A stretch of DNA of 59,820 nt, filler included, from a bacterium (GTDB lineage Bacteria > UBP15 > UBA6099 > JAJRTR01), in NCBI GenBank assembly GCA_024278215.1. It is 3 parts of 3 records of this genome, joined end to end, with 100 filler letters (N's around TTAATTAATTAA, not from the genome) between each part and the next. Parts side by side here need not be neighbours in the genome. Positions count along the whole stretch, not along the records: positions 46,216 to 59,820 come from JAJRTR010000030.1; 2 more parts are not named here. The stretch is one strand, 5' to 3'. The position numbers and the translations under genes were made by a program. Numbering within the stretch: position 1 is the first letter of the stretch; the number at the start of each line of letters is the position of its first letter. This document shows positions 59,705-59,820 of the stretch, piece by piece. Below the pieces are notes generated by a model. It was not told the DNA's origin, did no database searches, and was given only the letters and a program-made list of their open reading frames with translations.

Positions 59705-59820
59705 GGGTGCAATCAGCCGAATTTCAGGACTCCTGACCTGGGAGAAGGGTAGAAAAGAGGGCATGGCGAGAGAGGCACACAAAAAAGCGTATGAATAAAG
59801 GAAAAATGTCGAGTGGAGAG

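Overview
Bacterial DNA made of three assembly pieces joined by artificial N(44)-TTAATTAATTAA-N(44) linkers (28690-28789 and 46116-46215), so linkage across the gaps is not established. Piece 1 (1-28689) has a type IV pilus/T2SS-like locus: five tandem near-identical pilins, a pilC broken by an in-frame TAG, and a pilB whose Walker A Lys is replaced by Glu. It also has two tRNA-Arg genes (anticodons GCG and CCT), a ~20 kb surface-glycan cluster (Wzx flippase, GT-C, GT2+DUF2304, sulfotransferase, SqdB-like enzyme, two DegT aminotransferases, two radical SAM/SPASM enzymes) and an IS4 element. Piece 2 (28790-46115) has gatC, a TPR protein, an esterase, a B12 radical SAM enzyme, a DUF2892-MMPL-LolA-like-outer membrane protein operon, a secreted Cys-repeat protein, a sialidase-like protein, a GH3 glucosidase, an MFS transporter and DUF202. 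Piece 3 (46216-59820) is the most interesting. It holds an expanded His-Xaa-Ser (Hxs) RiPP-like cluster: two HxsD-like genes, HxsB, an (HxS)10 precursor and three more radical SAM paralogs. The cluster also encodes an A24 prepilin-peptidase-like protein, follows a PilV/tail-fibre-like gene and is flanked by two GT-C glycosyltransferases. The precursor leader resembles a Flp-pilin leader, which suggests a membrane-processed, radical-SAM-modified surface peptide (inference). A ~179 bp MITE with terminal inverted repeats and 4-bp target duplications recurs in all three pieces.
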